DNA from: Atractiella rhizophila
Lineage: Eukaryota
NCBI GenBank assembly: GCA_021432655.1
Contig: MU271316.1
Location: 1 to 64,000, forward strand
Direction: 5' to 3'
DNA: 64,000 nt
Shown here: positions 24,638-37,116 of the stretch, one piece after another
Layout of the letters: each line of letters begins with the position of its first letter
Position numbering within the stretch: the first letter of the stretch is position 1
The notes under the pieces: model-generated
Database searches by the model: none
The model's input: only the letters and a program-made list of their open reading frames with translations
What the model was told of the DNA's origin: nothing
Program-made: the position numbers and the translations under genes

Positions 24638-25771
24638 TTAACTAGCCATACTCTCACTCTGAATCAACCCCGCCTCCTCCAACACACTCCACAGCCGTTC
24701 ATTTTCTTCTCTCAATCTCCGGTTCTCCTCCCGCAGGAGCTCATTTTCATGCCCTAATCTGTCCGCCTCTGAAATTTGAGAAGATAGGATAGATTTAAGC
24801 TCATCATGTTGAGCTTTGGTATTGCGAAGGATGGAGAGCTGCAGGAGATGGAGCTCAGAGGTTAACCTGTACGTCATAGCCGTGAGAATATGAATGCAGC
24901 CGCCTGTATAACAGACGAACCGAGCGACGATATCCTCTCCATGTTTAGCTGTCTCCCCACCAACGCCGCGACTAAGAGGAGCTGACTCGTCCTGTCTCTC
25001 TTTAACAGACAAAGCGCTTCGCGATCCTTGTCTCCTCATCGCGCGTCCGCCGCTGAGGTCCTCTATAGTCCCATTCCTTTGCTGACCCAGCTCTTCTTCT
25101 TCCCTTGCAGCCTGACTCAACGCTACGCGGGATCGTATCTTCCTAACCCCATGTTGTTCAAGCACTTCTACCACTGCTTCTGTAGCATAACTTCCCTTCC
25201 GACTCCTCCTTCCATCTGTCTCCGTACTTCCCTTCTTGCTCCTCGTTCTCTCGCGTTCTCGTCCTCCGACGACTTGGGTTGGAGTTGGGTTGAGGTCGGA
25301 AGGAGTGGAGGTAGCTCGCTGCAATGGTGTCGGCAAAGGACTAGAGTTCGAGCGACGACGTTCCTTCCTTCCTCCTCCTCCGACACCGCGTAGACGGCGA
25401 AGCCAGACCTTATCCGCCTGCGTGATGGTCGCGTCTCTCTCAGCAGGGGACTCATCTTTCTCTGCTTTGCGAGGAGATGCAGGAGGACAGTCCTTCAGAG
25501 GAACTTCGATGTCGACGTTCGCTTCCGTCGAATGAGACGAATTAGCTCGAGAGCGCGACTTCGATCGTCCCAGATTAGAAGATCGGAGGGGATTTCTTTC
25601 AGGCAAGGTTTCCAGTTTCGGTTTAGCCGCATAGGACGTTTTCGTAGGAGATAACGAAGGAGCAGAGGAAGATTTCGGCATTCGAGTAGTAGGATGTCGA
25701 GCGTCGGCGGCGAGAGAGGAGGTCGACGAGAGGGAGGGAAAACGCAGTCCTTCAAGAGGGATCGAGGACAA
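24638..25771 (-). CDS. Hypothetical low-complexity protein with C-terminal coiled coil
   Basis: 377-aa ORF, Ser/Arg-rich, ending ENELLREENRRLREENERLW. It probably contains one in-frame intron near 24870-24920. Confidence 0.7.
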   Translation of the reverse strand: MSSIPLEGLRFPSLSSTSSLAADARHPTTRMPKSSSAPSLSPTKTSYAAKPKLETLPERNPLRSSNLGRSKSRSRANSSHSTEANVDIEVPLKDCPPASPRKAEKDESPAERDATITQADKVWLRRLRGVGGGGRKERRRSNSSPLPTPLQRATSTPSDLNPTPTQVVGGRERERTRSKKGSTETDGRRSRKGSYATEAVVEVLEQHGVRKIRSRVALSQAAREEEELGQQRNGTIEDLSGGRAMRRQGSRSALSVKERQDESAPLSRGVGGETAKHGEDIVARFVCYTGGCIHILTAMTYRLTSELHLLQLSILRNTKAQHDELKSILSSQISEADRLGHENELLREENRRLREENERLWSVLEEAGLIQSESMAS

Positions 25772-26634
25772 GGTAGAAGTGCGCGCATTGCGACGGATGC
25801 TCTCTGTCCACCGAAGTACAGTGACTTCTTCAGGAGCCCTTTCTTGCCCTTTCAGCTAGGAGAGGCACGAACCAGCAAACTCCTTCGGTGTGCCCAGGCC
25901 CTCCAGCTCCCTGCGCGTCCGATAGCGCTCCAACGCACCAACATTCGCGTTCCCGTCTCTCAACGGTTTCCGTCCTTCTCTACCCTCCGCCACAATCGTC
26001 GTGCCCCCAGGCGTAGAAATAGGGAGGGTCTTGTTCCTAGACCCAGAACTAGAGCGCTCAGACTTCGAACGCGAGAGATGAAGCTGTGGCGGGAGTGATT
26101 TGCCCAATATCTGTGCTCGCGCGTGAGATACAAGGATATGTAGTGAGGCAGACGCACGTGTGTGGACATGATTCCTCAAAGTATCAGCCTTGCCGTCTGC
26201 CTTGCTGTAGGTTCCAGAAACTTGGTCGTTGCTCAGGACGCGTTTCCAGCACGTGCACGCATTTTCCATTGAGTTGAGTTGACCTGCGTTGGTGTTGGTT
26301 GCTTGACAAGTCTAGTTCTCTTCTCTCAGTGTAAAGTCAACCTAAGGATCCCTCGTGGGCATCCTTTACTGTATAACGCTTGACTAATACTTGACTCTGA
26401 AAGTATGGAAACGCGATTGTTGGTCACATGGCATTTTGTTCTGGAGGACAGACATGTCACTCAACCATTTTACATGCCAGTAATACCAAAGCTCATTTTA
26501 CTAGTAGACCGATATCATTGTTCCACTGAGGTTGTAACTACTGTCAATTACAACAATTACGAAGATGAACAAATCCCGAAGGCGAAATTGAGCAATATAA
26601 AACAATACTTCTCTCTGGAGCATCCGACCTCTTT

Positions 26635-28786
26635 TTAATACGCGTCATCATCCCAATCCACCTCGTCTTCCTCGCCATAGGAATCCGCCAACCCAGACAT
26701 GTCCTCCAAGTACATCCTCTCTGCCGTCCTCACCCCAAGAGTCTCCTGCTTTTCCAACTTCTTCCTCTTCTCCCGCTCTTCGCTGGTCAATTTTGAGGAG
26801 CAGTCCATCACCTCTTGAAAGAGGGTGAAAGGTAGCACACCGTGCTCCTCTACGACGTGCAACATGACGGGAGAAGAACGGACAGAAGCCTGCAAACAGA
26901 AACGATCAACTCCAAGATCTCCTGAATCGAACGAGGGGGAGATAAGGAGACTAACCCAATGTTTCACAAGATAGCGGATATGCACATCCCTTATTTCTTC
27001 GTATGTGTTTGAACAATTGGACAGCAATTCGAGGAGGACGTTATGCGGTGTCAGTTGAGCAGCGATGTTCTGCAGCGCGGCTGCTTTGAGTGATTCCATC
27101 TCGTATGCTTCACGGCATCCAACATCTGTTGAGTGCCTGATGGAGAAAAGCAAAGTGGAGCAAGACGCACCATGGGCAATCTTGAAGACTGATTTCGGGG
27201 AAACAGGGACGATGTCCTCTTTCCCTTGTTCCATACCTGTAGCCTGCCTATCAGTTCCTCATATGAAAATGCGGCAATGAAAAGTATAACCTCTCGCCAT
27301 TGTGTCCTGCACCGCATCTTCATCTCCCCTCTTTCGTTTAAGCTTCTTCCTCCCCTTCGTCGTCCCAACATCAGTCCCATGTAACGAAGCAACGCCAACG
27401 ATTCTCCTCGCCTCTGCAAGGGAGGAAAGTGGAGCGAATTCAATCGTACTACTGAAGAGGTAGTAGAGGACGGCTTTGTAGGTAGAATAGCAGGTATGAG
27501 GGATGGGGATGAATTTGTACGATTTCATGGGACGGGGTAGGGTTTTGGAGACCTAGTGCCATCTCGTCCATCAGTGGTTCGTCGCGATACGAGATTCGGA
27601 GACGCACATAGGAGGCCTGGTGCGACACGTCCCGCTCGACATCTGAATCGTCCTCTGTGACTTCAGACTTCGTGACAGTGACTACTTTGGGGGGAGGAGC
27701 GGTGGAGAGGGATTCCGCGAAACCATCCGATTCGAACACTGACATCCCAATCATTCCCACATTCTAGGATCGAAAAAAGCAGAAGAGGCACACTCATTTG
27801 AAAATAGTTGGAGAGTCCAACAAGTAATTTCGAACTCGCAAACAGCCTCATCTCTTTTCCACCACTGTTTTTGTTGGGAAAAGTGAAGACGGTGTCGGAA
27901 TAGAGAGGGTCGTTGAAGATGTTGAGGTAATTGTCGATCCGTTTGTGAAGTTCTTCCGATTGGCGTTCTCCGTTCTCAATGAAATTGTCGAGGGAGCAGA
28001 CAGAGAGTGATATCCCGATTTTATCCTGTTCCGTCAATCAGAATGATGCAGTCTAAAGGAGCGGCGCCTCAGCGCAAGAGAGAAGTTACAGCATCTTGAT
28101 ATGTTGGAAGAATTATACAAAGGACAGAGGTAAGGACGGGCAAGATGGGAAGGACGAACATGTATGGCATCCGCATCCACCATCACTGTCCACATCTCCG
28201 AGTCCACGGTAGAACCCCCTCTTCTCCTAGTCTCCTCAGCTGTGCCATCCCTCTTCCTGAATATGACGTTGCGCTTCTCCACCGTCGTAGGACGCTTGTC
28301 CTCAAGGTTGAGCATCTGCCATCAGCCCAGTTCTTGCAGTCAACAACGGAATCGAGGAAGTGTGTGGGACGAACCTCGACGATGCAGAGCTTATCGGTCT
28401 TCCGTACAGGATTTGGTCCATGGGGGCGGAGGGTGAAGGAGAGGACGATGCGCTTGTTGCCTGATGGACCAGCAGTGACGCTGTAGTCTCTCGTCGAGCT
28501 CAACCTCGTCGTCAACTGTGTCACAATACATGAGTAAACAATTGGTGGGTCGAAGTAACACACCTCCCATCCGCCATCCACGAAAGTTTGAGAGATGGGC
28601 GTGGAGAGAGGTGACGGGGCAGAACGACCTCCATGATTGTGTGTACTCGGTATGATACCGCTTCGTCGAAGAGCCTCGCTTTCGATAGCGTGTATGGAAA
28701 ACTCCCAATTATATGACTCCTGCGTAACGATCACTTGGGGATAATGATGCAAAATGGATGCGACGCACCACGAATTGCGAGGACAT
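26635..28786 (-). CDS. BTB/POZ-domain protein, multi-exon
   Basis: FNDPLYSDTVFTF...LFASSKLL...YFQ..FESDGFAES; YSTYKAVLYYL; SPKSVFKIAH..YEMESLKAAAL...LTPHNVLLEL. The start MSSQFV joins ESYNWEF through a phase-0 intron. Confidence 0.85.
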
Positions 28787-29649
28787 AGTCAACTTGAAGT
28801 TGCAATAATACGCCTGAGAGAGTCAGGTAAGGTTGGTTTTGCGCAATGGACTTTGAGCTGGATTTTGAGGATGGCGACTTGCAAGCACAGCCACTGGAAG
28901 CTGGCGAGTAGGATTATAAGTAGCACTGAAAGTAGAGCTACAAGGGGACAGGAACGCGTTATTGTTGGATGCAGATAACCCTCATCAACCGGCATCACTC
29001 GCCAAAGTCTTGGCAGCTCAGACAAACTTCAAATGGATGTCATTTATAGAATGTAGGACTCTCAAGAGGTTGGTCCCGGTAGAGGTGAAGAGAGATGGGG
29101 ACATGTGCAACTCCGAATGGACAAAGGCACAGAGGGAGGCTTGTAGGTCTAAAGAGGTGCTGTGTTCTTTGCCGCACGTCACGACGCAGACGTGATAACA
29201 GTGAGAGGTTGGAGAACGTAGAGGACGTCTGTCGTGAAATATGGATCTGCCTACTCACTGGTCACATGCATTGAGGCAACTGAGCGCCATAATGCCTATT
29301 GACATGTTGATCTATTTATTGACCATTGTTCTCTGGCTCAGAATGGTGCAGGAGGCGTTTCAGCTTGACTTGGTGATAGCAAGTGCTTTGCACACTGATC
29401 TCTTCAACTTGATGAGACATTCTGCCCTACTAGGAAACAGCGTATCCTGTTTCCAATTGGCATAATTGAAGTCGTTCCACATCATTCCATTATGCACACG
29501 ATAGTAAATAATTGACAAAATATGCTTACGATTCACGATTCCTATTCTCCAGGACGTGGTAACCCCAACCTATATCCCATTGCTTCCGCTGCCTTAACCT
29601 CCTTCATCATGATCCTGGACTTTTCGTCGCACTTCCTTTGTGCCTCTTT

Positions 29650-30444
29650 CTAGGCTGCTTTCGACCGACCCTCTTCTTGATTCTCCCCCTTGACCGATAC
29701 TGTCTTCCTTAGATATTCCACGCGATAAATTACACATCCATTTACGCGAAGACCTTCGAGTTCTGAGACCCCAAAAACAGTGGGATTTACTTTCAGCGTC
29801 TTCCTTATTTTTTTAGTTAAAGACTTCGTGCCTACAGGTAATGGGAGGTAGGAGAAGTACGAACCACTAAATAGTCCACCGCTCATCAAATCAAACCATA
29901 CCAGAGGCAGTTTCTCCTTCATCCTCCTAACTTTTCCTCTCACCTCCCATTGATGCTTCAAAGGAAATCCCTCATAGGTTTCAAGCGGTACTTCATCAAA
30001 CAATCTCGACAATTCGAACGTATAAATGACGGCCAACTCGTATCTCTTCTCGAACAGATATCCGGTGGCGGCGTCAAAAAGGGCACAGGCGCGAAGTATT
30101 GGATGGAGGGATGGGTTAGGGAGGAGCCACAACGAATAGGAATACGACCTCTCAGCTGTTTTTGGGTACTCGAGATGTTTTAGAATGTCCCAGAGCTTAA
30201 TATCCTCCGCTTCGATGGGTTCAGGAGGTGGCAGTAGCGTACTCTCTTTCTTTGTGAAGAAGCGGGACATTTGATCCTTATTGAGACTGGGATATTTGCG
30301 TTTATAAGTGCCGATGGTAATAGAGCTGACAGGGCACCTATTGAATGTTGTTTTTTTGCTCCGTGGTTTCGTCTGTGGTCGTTGCGCTATTCCTCTGAGA
30401 ACATTTTCCTCCATGGATCCTGCGCCCCCGCCCGCCTGTGTCAC
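29650..30444 (-). CDS. Hypothetical protein
   Basis: 264-aa ORF with protein-like composition; no family recognised. Confidence 0.5.
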   Translation of the reverse strand: MTQAGGGAGSMEENVLRGIAQRPQTKPRSKKTTFNRCPVSSITIGTYKRKYPSLNKDQMSRFFTKKESTLLPPPEPIEAEDIKLWDILKHLEYPKTAERSYSYSLWLLPNPSLHPILRACALFDAATGYLFEKRYELAVIYTFELSRLFDEVPLETYEGFPLKHQWEVRGKVRRMKEKLPLVWFDLMSGGLFSGSYFSYLPLPVGTKSLTKKIRKTLKVNPTVFGVSELEGLRVNGCVIYRVEYLRKTVSVKGENQEEGRSKAA

Positions 30445-32505
30445 CCCACTCGAGAACCTCGATAATCGACAGAATAGGTGTGGCTTTCCCTTGTTTGTTA
30501 CACTCTAGGTAAAGGATCATATCTCAGCTGAAAATCATCCTTGTGTCTTGGATGTTGTTTCTGTGCGTATTGTTACACATTCTAGCCCTACGGTATGGTG
30601 CGTTGGTCGTTCAAACGACATCTGTCTTTAATGGAACCACGACAGTGTTGGTGATGAAGGACTGGTGCAGTTCCCACGGTTGTGAGAACAGACGGAGAAC
30701 TGAGGCCGAAAGGCGGGAAGCGGGATCGGCAGGTGTTTATCTTTTTCGCGGTCTCGCCATTAACTTCCTCTGACAACGACGAACCAGTTCTATCCGTGCC
30801 TACATTTGCTTACAACACGTTGTCTACACTATTTGCTCGATGGCGTCAAAGAAGGCTCTCAAGACTTCTCCCAAGTTGAGAGGAAACGATAGGTCAGTCG
30901 TTTTCTACCTTCTGCTACACATGATCTAATTTTTAGCTGCAGACTGTACAGAAGGTGGAACAGACGGCAAAGAGTAGCAGGCTTTGCAACCGAAGAACCG
31001 TTCGTCATTCCTGCCCTTCTTCCTGTTGCCACTCACCTCTTGCTCTGTAGGTCGGTGGTGCAGAAGGCGGTTTCGATGACCAAAAAGGCCATCGAAGTGT
31101 AAGCCTGTTTAATTCGATGGAAGGCAATAACGGAGCTTTGGATAGTCCAAGTCAGAGAATCAAACTCTGGTGGTCAAACAGGAGCTATGGATCTCTCGGA
31201 GAAGGAATAGGGTATGTTCCCATATTACTCCTTCTTATTTCGGAATACTAACTTGTTGTTATGGTAGGGATACTCAAGACGCGTTTTCATATGGACAGGA
31301 CGCAGCGGTTGGAGCTCCCCTCTGCTCACGCCGTTCTACTCGCTCCCAATGATCCATTCATTCTCATCTGCCGTCTTGGCACTTCATACAGCTATTCCCT
31401 TTTGCCCTCGTCCCTCGGGCAAAAACACACTTGTCTTATCGAAAGCACAAAGTTGTTCATCCAGTCTAAGAGGACCATGGAACTCATGGAAAAAATTCCT
31501 GCTAGACACTTATCCTCGTTTGTCTGACAATCACCTACGAAATCGAGCCAAAGAAATTGGCAAGTGTGAAGGAGGACAGGTTTCGACCATCTGTTCCTCT
31601 AGTTTCGCTTCTTTTCTGAAGTCAATTGAGGCTGAACAGAGATTCCATATTGCTCCATATTGTACTTCCTCTTGATTAATGTTGCCCACTAGCGCATTCC
31701 GTTTGCGTGGAGTAGATGAAAGGAAGGATAATAGATGAATAAACGCAACTCCCTGTTTAAAATGTGGAGGAAGAACATTAACGCAGCTGACTACTTTGGA
31801 GTCAAAGCTAGAGATTTAGCGGAGCGATGTCTCTGATGAAGGGGAGCTGACGTTATTAGAAGCAGAGGTACCAGAATAACTCTTCCACCACTGTAAGCAA
31901 GAGAACTAACCACAAGAAACATAAGTAACGGAAACATCTCCACCCGCCTGCCTCCACCCTCTCACCATCTCCCCGCTTCTCTTTTGCTTGGCGGAAACTC
32001 TTTTTGGGTGGGGTGGACGCAAACAATGTTTAAACTTCTTTGACAACTTGTTATGCTATTGGGCGTTACCTCGAGGAACACACCGCACTGTTCCAAACAG
32101 TGCCAACCTCCTCTCCGCAGGAGGACTTCATTCACTGTCAGAAAACAAGGATGTAGTTCTACACCATCTCACAGAAAAGACACACATCTTATCTATTCGC
32201 TTCTCTTATTCCGCATTCCGATTTCCCTTCGCTTGGCAGCCGTCTGCCAAAGTTGCAGTCTCCGACTTTATTCACGTTTTTGGCGGGTAAAAATCTTCAA
32301 AGCGTGACGACTTGGAACCATCCATGGAGCCATCGATATGAACTTCGAACAGCTGCAATGCAGGATGAGTTACGTGCTCAATGGTAAATCAAATTTCAAC
32401 TATGCGAATGAGATATACAATTGGCTGCCTATTGTGTATTCTCTATATCTACGTCTATCCTATCCATTTCTCCCTCCAAGTTTTCGAACAAATTCGTTGA
32501 ACCAA

Positions 32506-34777
32506 ATGTTCGCTCCTACGGACCTCTACGCCTTCCACCTCTCATCTCGCTTCGTTCCTAGCGTCCTTAGTCTCCTTCCACTCATCCCCCTGTCTTTTTT
32601 CACCTGGCTTCATGTCCTTTACAGTCTTGTCCTCAGATTCAGAAGCAAGGGAAGGGACGCTCATCGGAAGACGTACGGCAGGCGATTTTATGCGACTGCA
32701 GGAGCACTAATCGCGATAGCATGGTGGGCTGAACACAATATTGGAGGCAAAGCAGGAGAGGCCACCGTCAGTTTGGGAATGAGGGAGGGGTTGAAGGTAA
32801 GTTTTGAGATGCATCAATTTTTGCGTTTCTTTTGGTCAAAACAAGACCAGCTGACACATTCTCTTACCGCCTGCACGATTCTGATGGACCAGAGAAGAGG
32901 ACTGATGATCTCATAGGTGATCATTTTACCGCTTCTGCTGCAACGCATCCCTTCAAGGACGTGTTATCCTTCTCCTGCACCGTCCACCACTTTCGCTTCG
33001 TCATTCCTTCTTCCAATCCCAATCGTCCTTTTCTCCTACTTCTCAGCATCTGTCTGTTCCCACTCTCTCGCCGATACCTTTCTCTACTTCTTACTCACAG
33101 CCCTGCCGGCGTTCGAGTTCGTCGTTTTGGCGAGAGAGCATCAGGACAGCGTACAGAACGAAGACGAACGAAGGGGATGGTTCCACTTTCTGCTGAATGT
33201 ATCTCCTGTTAGTGCTCACTTGCCTCTCTTGGAGAGACGAAGTGCTGACTCGGATCATTCAGTACGCACTCCTCTCCTACCTGTGCTTTTCCATGCCCCA
33301 TTTGCTACCCCTTCTCTTCAACACCACTCCAAACTCATTCCGAACATCTCTGCCAACTTACCTTTTTTTTCCTCCCACATATCAAAACTACTACCTAATT
33401 CATATCCCGAGCCTCCACACGGTACTTCTCAGCCTAGACCTCCTCTTCACGACTTATATAGCAACGAGAAAGGTAGACCTTTTCTCTTCATTTGCGATAT
33501 GCAACATGTTGCTTCTCCTGGGAATGGACGGGCTCGTGAGCTGGAAAGGATGGTTAGGCGGTGGGAAGGGAATGGAAACCGACGATACGAAAGTGTGGGT
33601 GATAAGCGGAGCACTCTGCTTGGTGATGGTACTAACACTGGAGAAGCCATGGTACCGTTCGACTCGATTGGAGAAGCAAGAAGTTCTTGTCCCTCTTCAT
33701 ATCATGGGGCAGGAAGAGGAGGAGGAGCTCGATACTCGCGCTGCAATCCACCCGCCGCTATCGCGAGTGCTTGTCACCCTCTTTCCCCTCGCGCTGCTCC
33801 TCCTCACTTCTCCAATCTTTCCCCAGAAACCGAAAGAGATTGACATTGTTATCTCGTATTATGAGGAGGTCTCCGACTTTTTACGCGTTTCTCTTTCCAC
33901 CCTCCATTCCTTGCGCTCAATTTCGGACCGGGAGCCAAGGATTATCGTCTATCTGAAAGGCAGCGTGGCGCCAGACTGGCTGGGTGAACAGGTAGATCTT
34001 GTTGTGCATGGACTTCCTGATACTGGCACGGAGGGAGGAACATATTTAAGGCATATTGTGAGGAACTATGGGCTGCAACGCGGGAAAGAGGACGAGTCTA
34101 CTTGCACTAAAGGGATTATCAATAAATTCTCTCGTGCGCCGCTCGCACCTATGGATAGCTTGCTGATTAGGAGAACAGACTGCACCACTGCCCTCGCTCC
34201 GCTCACATTGTTCATGCAGCCGCATTTGGCTCCATTCTCCACTCCTAAGATCGAGCTGATCACGGATTCAACGGGATTCCTTGCAACCACGTTGATATTT
34301 CCTTCGAACTGCAGAAATGCGACGTTTGAAGGAATGAAGGATATCTATCACATGTTCAAAGGGAAGGAGTGCGTTGATGGAGACCTTCAAGCGGTGCGCA
34401 ATCCTCTTGTCTGTTCACAGGCTCTGAGTGAGTGGCTGATTTGTTCAAGGCGACGTACCCAGGACAATTCGTGGTATCGCGGCAACGAATTCAAGGAAAC
34501 GCACTCTCAACTTATGAGGATCTGGGTCATATATTAGAAGTGCTGGCGGGGAGTGGCATGCGCAAAGATGGATGGTGGAATAGTCGTTCGTCCTCTCTTT
34601 CATTGCCAAAGAACATGTTGACTGTTGACAGGGACAGAAAACCAGTTCTTTGGACAGTCTTTGGAAAGATCTTGGCCAACAATCTTCGATTGTGAGGACC
34701 CGACAATGGTGCAGAGGTGTCCAGAGAGTGACTGGTTGGCTAAAAAGCGACAGTGCCAATGCTTTGACAGCACATAA
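32506..34777 (+). CDS. Multi-pass membrane protein with C-terminal DUF3431-like domain
   Basis: Several hydrophobic segments, then DIVISYYEE...IIVYLKG...LPDTGTEGGTYLRHIVRNY...TLFMQPH...GQFVVSRQRI...LERSWPTIFDC. Confidence 0.75.
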
Positions 34778-35736
34778 CCGCTTCGCAATCCATGACAGCC
34801 GGAGATCAAGATATGTTAGCATGTGCTTCGATGGAGAGAAGCTACTCTTTTTGCACTATGTGTTTGATGAACAATTGTGGTTTGTTCGTGTGATCGGTTC
34901 ATTCAGGGACAAAAGGCACATTATATGTTTGGAAACCTCTGATGCATTCGTCCCATTCATAATGTATCCCTACTTTCTCGTCATCCTTGCTGTTACTTGG
35001 CCGACAAGACCAACCAAAGTCCACATCCGGCTGAAAAGCTAATTGCTTTCTCAATTTATTCCAAGCGAAAAAAAGACCCTTTCAGTTTGTCGATCCTTCC
35101 CTGTTCGATGCGGTATGCACCCTCTTCCTGGGCAACATTTCTCACCCATCACGCTCTTGTGCCAACTGACTCTACTAGTAACAAGACGGTCCGTCCGTGA
35201 CGGTGAAGAGCCTTATATGTGAGAGCTCACCTGCACATGTTGCTCAGGTACTGCAGGCAACAGGTATGGTAGCCATGGTGCTCCCTCGTACGTCCGTATG
35301 ATTCCAACAAGGTTTCGGAAAGAATCCTATGGGCTCAGCAACGGAGGAACAAATTCGCCATAACTGGATTGATTGGCAATTGTACTCGTTGTAGTGATGT
35401 TCAGTCCTTTCAGTGCTGTGATGTAGGTGGACTTCGTGGAATCTTGCTTGGCTTCTCTGAATCAGTGCAGTGTCTTCCTGTCTTCCTGCTTCTCATGAGC
35501 CAATAGGTCTCTCTGCAGTCGTTGCGACTTAGTAGGGGTGAAGGAAGTGAGGTAATTCATTCAAAGAGAATTCATTTCCTTTCTTTTTACTTCTCCTCAG
35601 TTTTCGCTTCTTCATACCTCGCTTCTTGTCCAAGCGGTTTATCTGCCACTCACTTATAGTTTTGTTATCGTTGTGATACTTCTATACATTTCAAGCCCTG
35701 CTGATTCCTGATGATTCCTAAGGAAGAAGTCCCTCA

Positions 35737-36548
35737 TCAACCTTCCAGCGGCAACGTCCTTAGCGATAGGGCGACGGCAGTAGTAGTAGTCCTAACAGTC
35801 CAACTCGAGTGTGAATCGGAGTAGTAGAGGAAACCTTGTTCATTTGTTTGACAGAGAGTAACGCTTGAAACCTCTCCCTCCTCAACAGCGTGACAGACTT
35901 TGGCGGTTGAGTGGAATCCGCGCCTTTGAAGGACTTGTTGCTTAGTTGAGAGCGAGGAGGGAAGAGAACGTGATAGATAGCCCCAAGGTCCCCTCCACAT
36001 TGGGACTTTCGGAACCCGCAATAGGAAGCCCGAGGGATGTTGTGAGGGGACCAGAAATAGGTGCTAACGGTTCGAAGTTTCAAGCCGGGACAGGACAGGA
36101 GGGCTTGAAACGAAGAGCCTGTACATCGACTTGCGCAATTCGATTTCGACATCCGAAAGTTGGTATTCGATCAAGAGGTCGAGGACGCTTTCAGCGGACC
36201 GGACCATACTGCTTTGTCGGTATGCAGGGAATCGGGAGGCACGCCTATCCAAACGATGACTGGTCCGAGTGTTGGGCACATTGAATCATTGCTGTGCGTG
36301 AGGAACCTAGCGGCGTCTATCAAAGGGCAAGGCACAGAAGGTTCCTTCAGCAAATCGCGAATTTGTGGGCCAAGTTCGCCCCAGACGCCGTTGATGGGGT
36401 GTCCAGAGACCTTGCGAAGGGGGCGGTTCTCGAATCCGTTAATAGTTGCCACGGATATTTTTGTCCTGGCCAGTGCGATACAGAAGCTGGGGGTTAGATC
36501 CATAGTAGTAGACATCTGTCTCCTGTAGTGTCGGGGGGTGTTAATCAC
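35737..36548 (-). pseudogene. Second decayed relic of the family seen at 12509-13560
   Basis: GHPINGVWGELGPQI..LL...IDAARF...PVIVWIGVPP...DVEIELRKS...YHVLFP spread over several frames. Confidence 0.45.
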
Positions 36549-37116
36549 TAGGACGCGGTGCTCAGCGCTGGAGGAGGTAGCGTGATTAGGGCACTTACTC
36601 TCATTGTGCTACTTCAAGAGTTTATAGAAACTCGAGTCGGATGGTATCGAGAGGCTGGATGGACGGACGCTGGTGAAAAGTGGTTGGTGGAGAAAGAGTA
36701 GCAGGCATTCCTTTAAATTTGGAATAATGATCCCTTAAGCGAGAGGAGTATCGGAACCGGAACACGGTCAGATACTGTGGGTGATTCAGCCAGTCAGACT
36801 CAGCAGTTGCAGGTCAGGCTGCAGTTGTGCAGTTATGCAGGCAATGCAGTATATGTTCCGAGTCTACAATACACGCTAAACATGTCAAGTTTTATTTTTT
36901 AAGAGCCGTAGCATCAGCATTGGCGCCATAACCCAATCTCGTTTCAGCGATCAACAATGCCAAACAGAAGGTGTTTATCCCAATGCAATCGATCTCTTTG
37001 TTCTCTTTTTGCCTTCGCCCTTATCTCTTCGTTTCCCTTTCCCCCTTATCCCCCTCCCTACCCTTGCTATCCTTGCGGCCTTACCATCCTGACTTATCCT
37101 TCTTGTCGCTAATGCC

